A stretch of DNA of 64,000 nt from Candidatus Zhuqueibacterota bacterium (GTDB lineage: Bacteria > Zhuqueibacterota > Zhuqueibacteria > Thermofontimicrobiales > Thermofontimicrobiaceae), in NCBI GenBank assembly GCA_049322915.1, contig JBMOPW010000045.1, positions 72,206 to 136,205 on the forward strand. The letters are read 5' to 3'. Positions 48,301 through 58,348 of this stretch are shown here, in pieces. Both the position numbers and the translations under genes were made by a program. A model generated the notes under the pieces. The model did not search any database and was not told the origin of the DNA. It worked only from the letters and a program-made list of their open reading frames with translations. The stretch's first letter is position 1. Every line of letters begins with the position of its first letter.

Positions 48301-49474
48301 TGTCTAAAAATCCATCGTTGTTGTAATCGGCAAAGGCGACACCGTACACAAATGTGGAATCAGTGGCCCCACTGGTTGTGTTCGAAGAGAATGTGCCATC
48401 GCCATTATTGATGTACAAATAGCTGGAAGCGGTCGTCGGATCGCCAACGGATCCCACAAACATATCCAGATCCCCGTCGTTATCAACGTCGCCCCAGGCG
48501 CTGCCCGTGGAGAATGCTAAATCTGTAACGATTGGCCCGGCTGTTGTATTTCGTGTGAATGTACCATCGCCATTATTCTGGTACAGGAAATTGGCTTCGG
48601 GTGCTGACTCTGATTCCCCATAATTGGTGAAATACAGGTCCATATCGCCGTCATTATCGTAATCGCCCCAGCTACATGCCTGTGTGTCGCCTTCATCAAA
48701 AATATCCAGCTTGGTGAAAACAGCGCCACCATCGTTTCGCCACAAAAAATTGTTGGGCCCACTGCCACCGGCGACGGCAAGATCGATATCACCATCATCA
48801 TCAAAATCGGTCCAACTGGAGCTGCCGATGAATGTTGCTCCGGCGGCGCCAACAATATCTGCACTGGTGATTTTCGTGAAGGTTTTATTTCCGTTGTTTT
48901 GATAGAGGGAGTTATTCTGTTTAGCCCACCAGCCGTTATGAACATAGAGGTCGATATATCCATCATTATTATAATCACCCCAGGCGCAGGTTGCTGAAAA
49001 TTCAGCATCTGTTACAGGGGGCCCGGCTGTGAGATTCTTCGTGAAGGATTCGTCCCCATTATTTTCGTACAGGAAATTCTGCCGCTGCAAATCAAAGGGA
49101 TTCCCCGTATTGGTGGTCACATACAGGTCCAGGTCGTTGTCATTGTCAAAATCGCCCCAGGCGCATCCGCCGGAAGTGAACTGATCCGTGACAATAGCCC
49201 CGGTGGTAATTTTCTCAAAACTGCCGTTCCCGAGGTTTTTGAACAGAAAGTTCACCTGTTTGGCTTGTTCTTCCCCGTTGGTAATGTACAGGTCCTGAAA
49301 CCCATCCTTGTTATAGTCGCCCCAGGCGATTGCTTTTGATGAGCCATCCACAGGTCCGAACGGCTTTTTTTCGATGAAAAGACTTTGCGCGTGGACGATT
49401 GATGCGAATGACAATAATACCACGACCAGCAAAATCAATTGTAACTTTGGTAAATGAAGACTTCTCATTTTCAT
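45353..49474 (-). CDS. Large secreted FG-GAP/ASPIC-UnbV (CRTAC1-like) protein with Ig-like repeats and the shared C-terminal cassette
   Basis: Seven (W/F)xD(Y/F/V)xxDGxxD-type repeats; NKAGIGAKVKV...AHFGLG...VEWPSG; three TxPNGxEDW repeats; InlB-B-like repeat. Confidence 0.9.
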   Translation of the reverse strand: MKMRSLHLPKLQLILLVVVLLSFASIVHAQSLFIEKKPFGPVDGSSKAIAWGDYNKDGFQDLYITNGEEQAKQVNFLFKNLGNGSFEKITTGAIVTDQFTSGGCAWGDFDNDNDLDLYVTTNTGNPFDLQRQNFLYENNGDESFTKNLTAGPPVTDAEFSATCAWGDYNNDGYIDLYVHNGWWAKQNNSLYQNNGNKTFTKITSADIVGAAGATFIGSSSWTDFDDDGDIDLAVAGGSGPNNFLWRNDGGAVFTKLDIFDEGDTQACSWGDYDNDGDMDLYFTNYGESESAPEANFLYQNNGDGTFTRNTTAGPIVTDLAFSTGSAWGDVDNDGDLDMFVGSVGDPTTASSYLYINNGDGTFSSNTTSGATDSTFVYGVAFADYNNDGFLDMVTSRYGANMLYENNSPNLGNTNHWITINCAGTVSNKAGIGAKVKVKATINSSVVWQLRDINTETGYASHNSLQAHFGLGNATTISEIKVEWPSGIIQTLTNVAVDQILTITEAAGGESIAVTSPNGGEDWQIGSSHDITWSSDETSGTVHIEYSTDNGSNWADVVASTTDDGSYTWTVPNAPSTLCLVRVTDTDSDPSDESDATFTISEVASITVTAPNGAEDWEVGTSQSITWTSESTSGTVHIEYSTDSGSNWADVTASTTDDGSFDWTIPNAPSANCLVKVSDTDGTPTDQSDAVFTISQTPFITVTAPNGAEDWEVGSSHAITWTSNKTSGNVHIEYSTDNGANWADVTASTTDDGSFDWTIPNAPSATCLVKVSDTDGTPADQSDAVFTISQIVYTLTMVANPVAGGTTAPTPGDHPYDAGTIVDINATANPGYEFQNWSGNVADANDDETTVTMNSNETVTANFTKVGVSITDLRASNMTENILLEWSAAEGITTYNVYRGTTFDFVPDVAAGTNRIAANITDEDAGTAGIQWTDTGNGANVVGDVATNYFYKVTAVSGEEFEPSNVAGEFDYQLVTTSGTDINRIVLIMNTADTRRSIATAENLAQAIPYCSDVYWWDASGQGTVGHVKGLPFNNFAVQPGYAYSVSVTKDTVWTVAGSYDNVSFNLVTTSGTDINRIGVPLAKAVLTTADQLGVNIPNCTDVYLWDAAGQGTLGHVVGLPFNNFAVRAGYPYSISITAPTTWPDYGEGELLASAPQVQGAGFRPDKSLAGGNIPHTVFGQIQHPDVEKLTLRAWISSRPGQVLTTGQVGVGIDKNYWYVGVSNFAANWNIGDSLIVTLTDEENGLYGSAVVVLSSDGSDDAGSIQLTGATRVAGVNLSELPKEFNLLQNYPNPFNPETKISYGLPQTAFVTVQIYDISGRLVRTLADENQGAGYHQVTWNGQDNFGRLVSSGVYFCKMKSGNFQKSMKLIFAK
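45366..46864 (-). repeat. ~1.5-kb direct repeat, copy 2
   Basis: See 41826-43324. Confidence 0.95.
47105..47945 (-). repeat. Three intragenic ~276-nt tandem repeats (~92-aa Ig-like modules)
   Basis: ITVTAPNGAEDWEVG...HIEYSTD.G.NWADVTASTTDDGSFDWTIPNAPS..CLVKVSDTD. Confidence 0.9.
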
Positions 49475-50108
49475 GTCCCTTTCATGACAATTAAGTGAGG
49501 TGAGTTATCGATCTGGGCCGTTCATCGCTATCAGGACGCTGGCAATACGTTTTCATGTGTCGTACTTCAGACACAACAAAATAGCCAGAGTCCGCGTCAG
49601 GCGAAATGAACAAGAATATGCCGATCGACGATTTCTGAGCCAGAAGGTCGCCGGCAGAAATTCAACACCTACATCACAGAACCTGGCAGGGCACTCAAGG
49701 GGATTCTGAATGCGACCGCTATGGGATGCGAGCGAGGTGGTCAACTGCCTGACTTGTCCCGATGGTCGGCCAGTCATTAAATTCTATGCATTGTTATTCT
49801 CTCAGCGATTAAATCAGCTTTTTCTATTATCCGAAAATGAGGTAATACAAATCCGGGGAAAACTAACTTTGTGTAACAATTGTAATACCTCCAAAGCAGT
49901 ATCATTCCGTAAAATTTAGAAATGTATTTGAGAAATTTTTTACTAATTGGCTGCTAATTGAGGGGTGGAAAATCATATCTACTCAATGGGAGCGGAGCGT
50001 GAGAGACGGGGTGATGTCGATTGTCCGTTCGATGGCTTTTGCCGGGTGAAAATATTATTGGATGAAATGGAGGATGTCATAGTGTTGGAAAATGCACGCG
50101 AACGCCTG

Positions 50109-50143
50109 TCGCAAAGTTAGCGCCGGCTGCACTAACTTTGCGA
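50109..50143. repeat. Isolated palindrome (REP-like or terminator)
   Basis: TCGCAAAGTTAG-N11-CTAACTTTGCGA. Confidence 0.55.
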
Positions 50144-50204
50144 GCGTCGAGTTGTGAAGGTCCTCGATAAAAGCGAGGTCAATATTCAGTAATTTTTTGG
50201 GAAA

Positions 50205-51254
50205 TCAGGGGAATTTTATCTCGATGCCAAATCGGGGCTTGCCCCTGAGTTTCAGTTTGAACGGATCCACATCGCGGGCGACGGCATCGCCGATCTGATA
50301 GCCTGAATCAAGCGCCTGTGCGAATTCCAGGCTGTAGCCCACGAAGAGATGCAGGTCAATGAAGTCCAGCGGTATGCCGGCGCCGATGGCCAAAATCGGC
50401 TCGATGGTCTGCGAAATGCGCAGACCGCCGGACAGATGAAACGAAGTCGCCATTGTTTTGGCTTTTGTATCGACCGCTTTGAAATGGTAGTTGAATACGC
50501 CGAACGAAGCCAGATCGCCCTTGGGCTTGGGGCGAACCACAATCGTGCCGCTATCAATGATGAAATCCACGTCGTTGACGCTGGTGATCGCGGTTGCAAT
50601 GCCATAGCTCCATCTTTCGAGCGACGTGTTATCAAATGTCGCTTTGGCCAAAAACCTGTCGTCGTAGAAATCTTTTTTCACGATGACGGAGATATCGCAA
50701 TTCTTGTGGAATGTCTTTGGGACTTCATATTTTCGAATATCCAGCCATGTCGTGTATTGGCTTTCTGTCTGGATTTTCAGGCCTGAAAAGATAGGGAAGA
50801 GGGAGATGAAGTTGATTAAATTCTCCTCAAAATAGGACGACTTCCGCGTGACCACGGTGGATAGATAGGACTCTTTCAATTGATCCCGCGAAATGAAAAT
50901 GTAGTACAGCGAGTCTGCGCCCAGCCCGTAGAGGCGCGTGTCGTGAAAATGAGAATCCCCGTGAATCATTCCAATCGGTGATTCCGACGGTGTGAAATTC
51001 GCCACCACGATGTAGTAGTTATTTTTCTTGAGCTGAAATCCGGATAGTTCAATCAGTTTTTTCAGACTATCCGAAGCCCACTCGGTGTACCCGTCGCGAT
51101 AAAATCGCCAGGCTTTGCCAAACAGATCCTGAGAATCATCGACGATGAACGGAGAGTTATTAACCGGCCGGGGGACCAGGATCATCTGATCCTGGGAGAA
51201 AGACAGATGACTCACGAGAAAAAGGATGACCAGAATAAAGTGACGTTTTTTCAT
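50205..51254 (-). CDS. Exported hypothetical protein, possibly with outer-membrane beta-strands at the C-terminus
   Basis: Signal peptide; amphipathic strands; ends FGIEIKFP. Confidence 0.7.
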   Translation of the reverse strand: MKKRHFILVILFLVSHLSFSQDQMILVPRPVNNSPFIVDDSQDLFGKAWRFYRDGYTEWASDSLKKLIELSGFQLKKNNYYIVVANFTPSESPIGMIHGDSHFHDTRLYGLGADSLYYIFISRDQLKESYLSTVVTRKSSYFEENLINFISLFPIFSGLKIQTESQYTTWLDIRKYEVPKTFHKNCDISVIVKKDFYDDRFLAKATFDNTSLERWSYGIATAITSVNDVDFIIDSGTIVVRPKPKGDLASFGVFNYHFKAVDTKAKTMATSFHLSGGLRISQTIEPILAIGAGIPLDFIDLHLFVGYSLEFAQALDSGYQIGDAVARDVDPFKLKLRGKPRFGIEIKFP

Positions 51255-51774
51255 TTTTGAGCCCTCATGTTATTATGGTGTTCAGGAACAGTATTTGAAA
51301 TATATAGTGAAAGCGTTTCCGGCAATGGGCGGGTACTTTTGAATCAGCCCGGACAATTCACTCGCCCGAACGGGCGCGGCTATTTTCTGCGATGAAAAAA
51401 AGTTCAGCAGATGACGAAAAGGGGATTTGCGCACCATTCGAATTGCAATACGCCAGACCAGACATGCTTCACTCGACTTCAATGTGTCGGTAATGTGTCC
51501 TATTTTACTATAATCTCATTAAAATTGCAAGATAATATTTCAGCTCTCTGAAAATAATTGTAACTGATTCGTCATTTAAAGTATCCAAAGATTGCCGACC
51601 GATCGTTCGGGATATTCATCCCAAACATTGCGGCTGTTCCGGGACATACGTCGCAGGCATTACACTTGCTGGATGTGTGTCCAGCAAGGGCAGGAAATAG
51701 TATTTCAGTACTTCATTCCCCCAAAAAAAAATTTCAAACAATTGAAACAAATTCAATTTTACATCGTTTCATCG

Positions 51775-51791
51775 AATGACTTTCGGTCATT
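51775..51791. promoter_or_regulatory. Candidate TetR operator
   Basis: AATGAC-TTTCG-GTCATT palindrome 57 nt upstream of the TetR gene. Confidence 0.55.
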
Positions 51792-51848
51792 TTATTGATG
51801 AATATCAATTGAATTAAAATTAATTTAATACATTTATAGAGGACAATC

Positions 51849-52496
51849 ATGGGAATAACGGAGCGGAAGGAACGAGAAAAAGAACAGCGATACAACGACA
51901 TTGTTGATGCGGCTGAGCGCGTATTTTTCAGCAAAGGCCGGCATCTGGCAACGATGGATGATGTCGCTAAAGAAGCTGAATTAAGCAAAGGCACGCTTTA
52001 TTTATATTTTAAAAATAAAGAAGATTTGTATCTGGCGATCAATTTGCGGGGTTTCAAAATTCTTCGGGAAAAGTTCGAACGGGCGGCTGCCACCGAAGAA
52101 ATTGGTCTCAAAAAAACGAAAGCCATTGGTCAAGCGTATTATCAATTTTATTCAGAATATCCCAAGTATTTTGAAGCACTCATCTATTTTGAATCCCATG
52201 ATATGACGTTACAGGATGAAAGTAGCATTGCCGCGACTTGTGCAGAAGAAGGTCATAACGCGCTGGAAATTCTGATCGATGCGCTGAAGACTGGAATTGC
52301 CGATGGCTCAATCCGCCCGGATATCGATCCGGTTCATACTGCAATTATTCTCTGGGGCCAATCTTCCGGCATTATCCAATTGCTTTCATTGAAAGGGGAG
52401 CATCTGAGTAAGCTTCATAAAATTACTTTATCGGAAATAATGGAAGACTTTTATGGGCTGATTTATTACTCTCTTAAAATCAATAGCGTTCAGTAA
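51849..52496 (+). CDS. TetR/AcrR-family regulator
   Basis: TMDDVAKEAELSKGTLYLYFKNKEDL. Confidence 0.95.
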   Translation: MGITERKEREKEQRYNDIVDAAERVFFSKGRHLATMDDVAKEAELSKGTLYLYFKNKEDLYLAINLRGFKILREKFERAAATEEIGLKKTKAIGQAYYQFYSEYPKYFEALIYFESHDMTLQDESSIAATCAEEGHNALEILIDALKTGIADGSIRPDIDPVHTAIILWGQSSGIIQLLSLKGEHLSKLHKITLSEIMEDFYGLIYYSLKINSVQ

Positions 52497-52544
52497 AACA
52501 TACACAAGAATCAATGTTTCTTAAATCCAATAAGGAGAAATAAA

Positions 52545-53894
52545 ATGCAGCAGTTTCGATTCATATTTTTTTTCCTTTGCTTTACATCAATTTCGATAGC
52601 TCAGGAGGATATCCTGGAAAAATATGTCCAGCAAGGTCTGTCCAACAATTTGGCGTTGAAGCAAAAGCAATTTTCCTTTGAGCAAAGCATGGAAGCGCTG
52701 AAACAAGCGCGCGGCTTGTTTCTGCCGACAGTCAATATTGAAGCGCGTTATTCCCGATCCGGTGGTGGTCGAGTGATTGAAATACCGATTGGCGATTTGA
52801 TGAATCCGGTTTATGGTTCATTGAATCAGTTGATTGGTCAGCCGGTTTTTCCAACGGATTTGCCCAATGAACGGATTCCCTTTTTGCGGGAAAAAGAACA
52901 CGACACCAAAATTCGGGTGATACAACCGCTGTTCCAGGCGCCGATTTATTATAATTATAAAATTCAATCCGATCTGAAGCAGATCGAGTCCGCTGCTGTG
53001 GGAATTTACAAACAACAGTTAACTGAAGATATTCAAACCGCTTATTTCACCTATCTCAAGGCGCATCATGTTGTCGATCTCTTCCAGAAGACGCTGGCAT
53101 TGGTCAATGAAAATTTGAGAGTCAGCGAAAAATTAGTTCAGAATAGCCAGGCCACCGAGGATATTGTTTTTCGGGCACGGGCTGAACGCAGCGCTGTCGA
53201 GCAAAATTTACTTGATGCCGGGAAGAATGAAAAAATCGCCGCCGCCTATTTCAACTTCTTACTCAATCAACCATTGGATACACCGATTGTTATCATCGAC
53301 GATTCCTGGCAGCCGCGGGAAAGCCAGTTTACGCTGGAGGAGGCGCAAACAGCGGCGTTAGCAAATCGGCTCGAATTCCGGCAGTTAACCAGCGCCATCG
53401 GAGCAGCAGATAATACGGTCAGATTGAATACCGGATCATTTTTACCGGGAATTTCCGGTGTGTTCGATTATGGCTTTCAGGGCGAGGAATATCAATTCAC
53501 CGAAAAAGATGACTACTGGATGGCGTCGCTCGTCCTGCAATGGAACCTGTTTCATGGTTTTCAGGACAAATCGAAAATCACCAGCGCGCGCCTGGAACGA
53601 AATAAAATAACGGCCCAGTTGGACGAACTGACCAATCAAATCAAATTGCAGGTTCAGGACGCATTCGATAATTTGACGGTTGCACGGCAGGCAATTGTGA
53701 GCGCCAATGAACGGTTAGCCAGCGCCCGGAATTCATTTCGAATCGTCACCAGGAAATATGAGCAAGGCATGGCGCCTCAGATCGAATATCTGGATGCCCG
53801 AACTACGTACACGAACGCGGAAGTCAATTACATCATTTCCAAATTTGATTATTTCATAAAATACGCACACCTGGAACGGGTTGTGGCGCGGTGA
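52545..53894 (+). CDS. TolC-family outer membrane efflux protein
   Basis: Signal peptide; two OEP-like halves; context with MFP and RND. Confidence 0.9.
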   Translation: MQQFRFIFFFLCFTSISIAQEDILEKYVQQGLSNNLALKQKQFSFEQSMEALKQARGLFLPTVNIEARYSRSGGGRVIEIPIGDLMNPVYGSLNQLIGQPVFPTDLPNERIPFLREKEHDTKIRVIQPLFQAPIYYNYKIQSDLKQIESAAVGIYKQQLTEDIQTAYFTYLKAHHVVDLFQKTLALVNENLRVSEKLVQNSQATEDIVFRARAERSAVEQNLLDAGKNEKIAAAYFNFLLNQPLDTPIVIIDDSWQPRESQFTLEEAQTAALANRLEFRQLTSAIGAADNTVRLNTGSFLPGISGVFDYGFQGEEYQFTEKDDYWMASLVLQWNLFHGFQDKSKITSARLERNKITAQLDELTNQIKLQVQDAFDNLTVARQAIVSANERLASARNSFRIVTRKYEQGMAPQIEYLDARTTYTNAEVNYIISKFDYFIKYAHLERVVAR

Positions 53895-53963
53895 ATATGC
53901 AATTCATGAATGGCATCTACTAAAATAAAAATTCGATACTCTATCGCTTACAAGGAGAAACAA

Positions 53964-55007
53964 ATGAACATCAGAAAATATGGCTTTTTATTCTTTGCAG
54001 TTATAGCGATCACTGTTTTGAATTGTCAATCAAAAAAAGATGAGACTATTAACGCGAAAGTCATTAACGTCAGAACAGCGGTCGTAACCAAAACCGAATT
54101 GTCTATTCCCATTCATACCAGTGGGATCGTTACGGCAAATGAGGAAATGAAATTAGCATTCAAGACCGGTGGTATCATTGCTAAAATTTTTGTTGACGAT
54201 GGCGCTACAGTGAAAATGGGCGATATTCTGGCGACATTGAATCTGACTGAAATAAAAGCCCAGGTCAATCAGGCGAAAGACGGCTACGACAAAGCGGAGC
54301 GCGACTTCAAGCGGGTAAAAAATCTTTTCGCTGACAGCGTGGCCACTCTGGAGCAATTGCAGAACAGCGAGACAGCCCGCAACGTCGCCCGATCCAATTG
54401 GGAGATAGCTGAATTCAATCTGAAACATTCTCAAATTATTGCACCGGCTGGCGGCGTTATCCTGAAACGATTTGCCGAGGAAAACGAACTGATCAGTCCG
54501 GGCTACCCGGTTTTCCTGTTTGGCGCTAATCAGAGGAACTGGAAAATCCGCGCCGGGCTTGCGGATCGCGATATTGTAAAAATTAAGATGAATGACTCGG
54601 CAGCAGTGGCCCTGGATGCACATCCGGGACAGGCATTTTCAGCCAGCGTATCCAAAATTGGCGAAGCAGCCAATCCGATGAACGGCACGTATGAAATTGA
54701 ACTATTGCTGAATCATACCGATCAACGACTGGCTTCCGGGTTTGTCGCTAAAATTGACATTTTCCCAAACGCCAAACAAGCGTTGTACCTCATTCCCATT
54801 GAGGCATTGAATGAAGCTGAAGGCAATGGCGGTTGCATTTACACCATTGACGCGGCGGATAATACCGCTCAAAAGATTCCGGTGACGGTGGTTCATGTAT
54901 TTGATAATGTCGCTGCCGCTGCCATTGGGGCGGAAAATTTAACCAAAGTAATCACCTTCGGATCAGAATATTTGACCGATGGTTGTGTTGTCAACGAAGT
55001 TAAATAA
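53964..55007 (+). CDS. RND efflux periplasmic adaptor (MFP)
   Basis: AAGGAG RBS; lipobox-like VLNC; FKTGGII..IFVDDG, IIAPAGGVI. Confidence 0.9.
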   Translation: MNIRKYGFLFFAVIAITVLNCQSKKDETINAKVINVRTAVVTKTELSIPIHTSGIVTANEEMKLAFKTGGIIAKIFVDDGATVKMGDILATLNLTEIKAQVNQAKDGYDKAERDFKRVKNLFADSVATLEQLQNSETARNVARSNWEIAEFNLKHSQIIAPAGGVILKRFAEENELISPGYPVFLFGANQRNWKIRAGLADRDIVKIKMNDSAAVALDAHPGQAFSASVSKIGEAANPMNGTYEIELLLNHTDQRLASGFVAKIDIFPNAKQALYLIPIEALNEAEGNGGCIYTIDAADNTAQKIPVTVVHVFDNVAAAAIGAENLTKVITFGSEYLTDGCVVNEVK

Positions 55008-55094
55008 ACCAGTGAGTATCCATTCAAATCCTTTCAAAGATTTAGAACCTTTGAACGGGTACCAAAGCCGAAATATAAATGAAGGAAAAAACCA

Positions 55095-58000
55095 ATGCGA
55101 TTGCCCCAATTTGCTATACAGAATCATCAGTTTTCAATGATCATCATTATATTGCTTATCCTCTCCGGGATCGTATCATTTCTGACCATGCCCCGCTCGG
55201 AAGATCCCACCGTCACGCCGCCGGGGACGAGTGTTATCGTGATCTTTCCCGGTGCGAATCCGGTGGATCTGGAGGAACTGGTCATTGATCCTATTGAAGA
55301 GGTGATTAATGAACTTGAAGATATTAAAGAATTAGTCTCCAGCGCGGAAGATGGGCTGGCAGTGATCAACGTCGAATTCAATGTTGGCAGCGATGCCGAT
55401 GACAAATATGCGGATGTCGTCCAGAAGGTCAACAGTATCCGAAACAATTTACCGGCAGAAATTCTCCAATTGGACATGATCAAGTGGTCAATCTCTGATG
55501 TAAAAATTTTGCAGACGGCTTTAATTTCGGAGTCTGCGTCATATCGCGCGCTGGAAAAGGAAGCGGATCGATTGAAAAAACAACTGGAGCGCGTGCCGGG
55601 AGTGAAGAAAATTGAAATTGGCGCGTTGCCCCGGCAGCAGGTGCTGATTGCAGTGGATTTAGAGCGGCTGGCGCAGGTTCATATTCCGTTGAATCGAATT
55701 ATTGGCGCGATTCAAACGAATAACTTAAATATTCCGGGTGGCAATATCGATATTGGCAATAAGCGATTCAACATCCAAACCAGCGGTTCTTACAGTTCCC
55801 TGGATGAGATCAGAAATACCGTCATCGACGCATCGGGGCAGAATCTGCTCTATTTGAAGGACCTGGCGACTGTTTCCTATTCGTATGAAGATCAACAGTA
55901 CCGGGCGCGCTTCAATGGGAAACGCGCTATTTTTCTCACTGCCAATCAAAAGGATGGCACCAATATTTATCAGGTGATGGGCGGCATTAAAACCGAACTG
56001 GACAAATTTGCCCGCACGTTACCAGCCACAATGACCATCGAAAATGTTTTTGATCAGTCGCAAAGCGTATCCTACCGCTTGAATGGCTTTTTCAGCAATC
56101 TGCTACAAGGCTTGATTCTGGTCGGCGTTGTGATGCTGCTGGCGGTGAACATCCGCGCTGCCATTATTGTCATGTTGGCAATTCCGGTTTCGATTCTGAT
56201 GGGCGTGACCTTTATCGATTTCAGCGGCTACGGCTTGCAGCAGATGACCATTGCCGGACTGGTGATTGCATTGGGAATGCTGGTGGATAACGCCATCGTC
56301 GTCACCGATAATGTGACGCGTTTCATGAAAATGGGCTATTCCAAAACCGAGGCAGCTATCCAGGGCACGCAACAGGTTGGTTGGGCGGTGACCAGTTCGA
56401 CGATAACAACCGTCCTGGCGTTTGTGCCGATGATGATGATGCAGAATGTGACCGGCGATTTCATTCGCAGTATGCCGTTGATCGTTGTTTACACGCTTTT
56501 TGCATCATTGTTTGTTTCACTGACCCAAACTCCCTATCTGGCCAGCAAATTTATCAACGTTGCCAATGGCGACCGTGAGAGTCGTTTCCGCCGGATGATA
56601 AACTGGTTCATCGAAACGAAGTACCGAAAAACATTGGCCTATGCCCTGGAGCACCCCAGGCTAATTCTTGTGACAGCCTTAATCGTATTTTTTCTGAGCC
56701 TCTCTCTCTTTCCTTTTATCGGCGTCAGTTTTTTTCCAAAAGCCGAAAAACCGCAATTGCTCATTAATATTGAATTGCCGGAAGGTACCAGTCTGGACCG
56801 AACCGATGAAATCGCCCAAAAAGTGGAGTCAGTCATTGCCGCACGGAAGGATATAAAACTTTATGCCGCCAATGTCGGCAAAGGGAATCCGCGAATTTAT
56901 TATAATGTTATCGCCCGGCATGAGAAAAGTAATTATGCTCAGATTTTTGTTGAATTAATAAAGAATGATTTAGCCCTGCAATCCCAGGTGGTTGCTGAAC
57001 TGCGTCAGGAATTTTCAACTTACGCCGGTGTTGCCATCGAGGTCAAAGAATTTGAACAGGGGCCGCCGGTTGAGGCGCCAATCGCCATCCGTTTATTGGG
57101 TGAAAATCTGGAAGTTCTGAAAGCCACTTCCAGAGATATTGAAGATATCATTCATGGGACTGAAGGAACTGTGAATATTTACAATCCGCTCAAAACCACC
57201 AAGGCCGATCTTCACGTGAAAATTAACAAAGCCAAGGCCGGATTGCTGGGAATTCCGCTCGCTGAAATCGACCGCACGGTGAGAGCGGCAATCAATGGCT
57301 TAACAGTGTCTAAATTTCGGGATGACGAAGGCAAAGAATATGATATTGTAATTCGGATGCCTATCGACAATAAACCAACAATAAAAGAATTCGATAGAAT
57401 TTTCGTGACATCGGTGACCGGCGCTCAAATTCCGTTGAAACAGGTTGCGGCGATTGAATTTCAATCCACGCCTATCTCTATCAATCATTATAAACTGGAA
57501 CGAAGTGTCACCATCACCGCGGATGTGATTTCCGGTTATTCTGTTAATGATGTAACAATGGACATTCTTGGTCAATTAGAAAAATACCAATTCCCGAAAG
57601 GCTATCGCTATTATGCCGGCGGTGAGTTGGAAAGCCGTGAGGAGTCGTTCGGTGGCATGATGCAGGCAATCATTATCGCCATGGTTGGAATCATGGCGGT
57701 GCTGGTGTTGCAGTTCCGATCCTATTCCCAGCCGCTCATCGTATTTTCGACTATTCCATTGGCGATCATCGGATCTCTGGTGGCGCTGTTCATCACCGGC
57801 AATAATTTTTCATTCACCGCCTTTGTTGGACTGACCAGCTTGATTGGCATCGTGGTCAACAACGCCATCATTTTAGTGGATTTTGCCAATCAGCTCCGGG
57901 CCGAAGGGAAAGATGTCGTTACCGCGCTCAAAGAAACCGGCGAACTTCGGTTTACACCAATCATTCTCACATCAGGGACAACAGTTGGCGGATTATTGCC

Positions 58001-58148
58001 GCTGACCTTACGAGGCGGCACCATGTGGGCGCCGATGGGCTGGACCATCATCGGCGGATTGACCATGTCAACGATTTTGACCCTGGTCATTGTGCCGGTG
58101 CTCTATAAAGTTTTCACCAAAGAAATAGGTCATAGCGGAAAGGCGTAA
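55095..58148 (+). CDS. RND efflux permease (AcrB/AcrD/AcrF family)
   Basis: 1017 aa; GMLVDNAIVV, GIVVNNAIILVD, RFTPIILT. Confidence 0.95.
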   Translation: MRLPQFAIQNHQFSMIIIILLILSGIVSFLTMPRSEDPTVTPPGTSVIVIFPGANPVDLEELVIDPIEEVINELEDIKELVSSAEDGLAVINVEFNVGSDADDKYADVVQKVNSIRNNLPAEILQLDMIKWSISDVKILQTALISESASYRALEKEADRLKKQLERVPGVKKIEIGALPRQQVLIAVDLERLAQVHIPLNRIIGAIQTNNLNIPGGNIDIGNKRFNIQTSGSYSSLDEIRNTVIDASGQNLLYLKDLATVSYSYEDQQYRARFNGKRAIFLTANQKDGTNIYQVMGGIKTELDKFARTLPATMTIENVFDQSQSVSYRLNGFFSNLLQGLILVGVVMLLAVNIRAAIIVMLAIPVSILMGVTFIDFSGYGLQQMTIAGLVIALGMLVDNAIVVTDNVTRFMKMGYSKTEAAIQGTQQVGWAVTSSTITTVLAFVPMMMMQNVTGDFIRSMPLIVVYTLFASLFVSLTQTPYLASKFINVANGDRESRFRRMINWFIETKYRKTLAYALEHPRLILVTALIVFFLSLSLFPFIGVSFFPKAEKPQLLINIELPEGTSLDRTDEIAQKVESVIAARKDIKLYAANVGKGNPRIYYNVIARHEKSNYAQIFVELIKNDLALQSQVVAELRQEFSTYAGVAIEVKEFEQGPPVEAPIAIRLLGENLEVLKATSRDIEDIIHGTEGTVNIYNPLKTTKADLHVKINKAKAGLLGIPLAEIDRTVRAAINGLTVSKFRDDEGKEYDIVIRMPIDNKPTIKEFDRIFVTSVTGAQIPLKQVAAIEFQSTPISINHYKLERSVTITADVISGYSVNDVTMDILGQLEKYQFPKGYRYYAGGELESREESFGGMMQAIIIAMVGIMAVLVLQFRSYSQPLIVFSTIPLAIIGSLVALFITGNNFSFTAFVGLTSLIGIVVNNAIILVDFANQLRAEGKDVVTALKETGELRFTPIILTSGTTVGGLLPLTLRGGTMWAPMGWTIIGGLTMSTILTLVIVPVLYKVFTKEIGHSGKA

Positions 58149-58220
58149 CCATTCAGGTTGAAATAAGAAAGACGTCGCACGACACTTTTATTAACCCAAG
58201 TCATTATTCCGAACAGAGAT

Positions 58221-58261
58221 TCCAGCGCGCCCTGGCCTTGAAAAAAACCAGGCGCGCTGGA
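58221..58261 (+). terminator. Hairpin downstream of the RND operon
   Basis: TCCAGCGCGCCCTGG...CCAGGCGCGCTGGA. Confidence 0.55.
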
Positions 58262-58348
58262 TCTGAAACAATTTTTCAGTATTGCCGTTTGACAGACCAA
58301 TCACATGGGATTTGAAAAATCAATCAGACCAGCACAAAGGAATCCGAT

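Noticed and set aside
49500..49920. Possible riboswitch in the long leader of the FG-GAP gene
   Set aside because: No recognisable c-di-GMP, c-di-AMP, SAM or cobalamin motifs on the minus strand
55028..55060. CCTTTCAAAGATTTAGAACCTTTGAACGG palindrome between MFP and RND genes
   Set aside because: Single degenerate copy; may be a REP-like remnant but cannot be supported from this window
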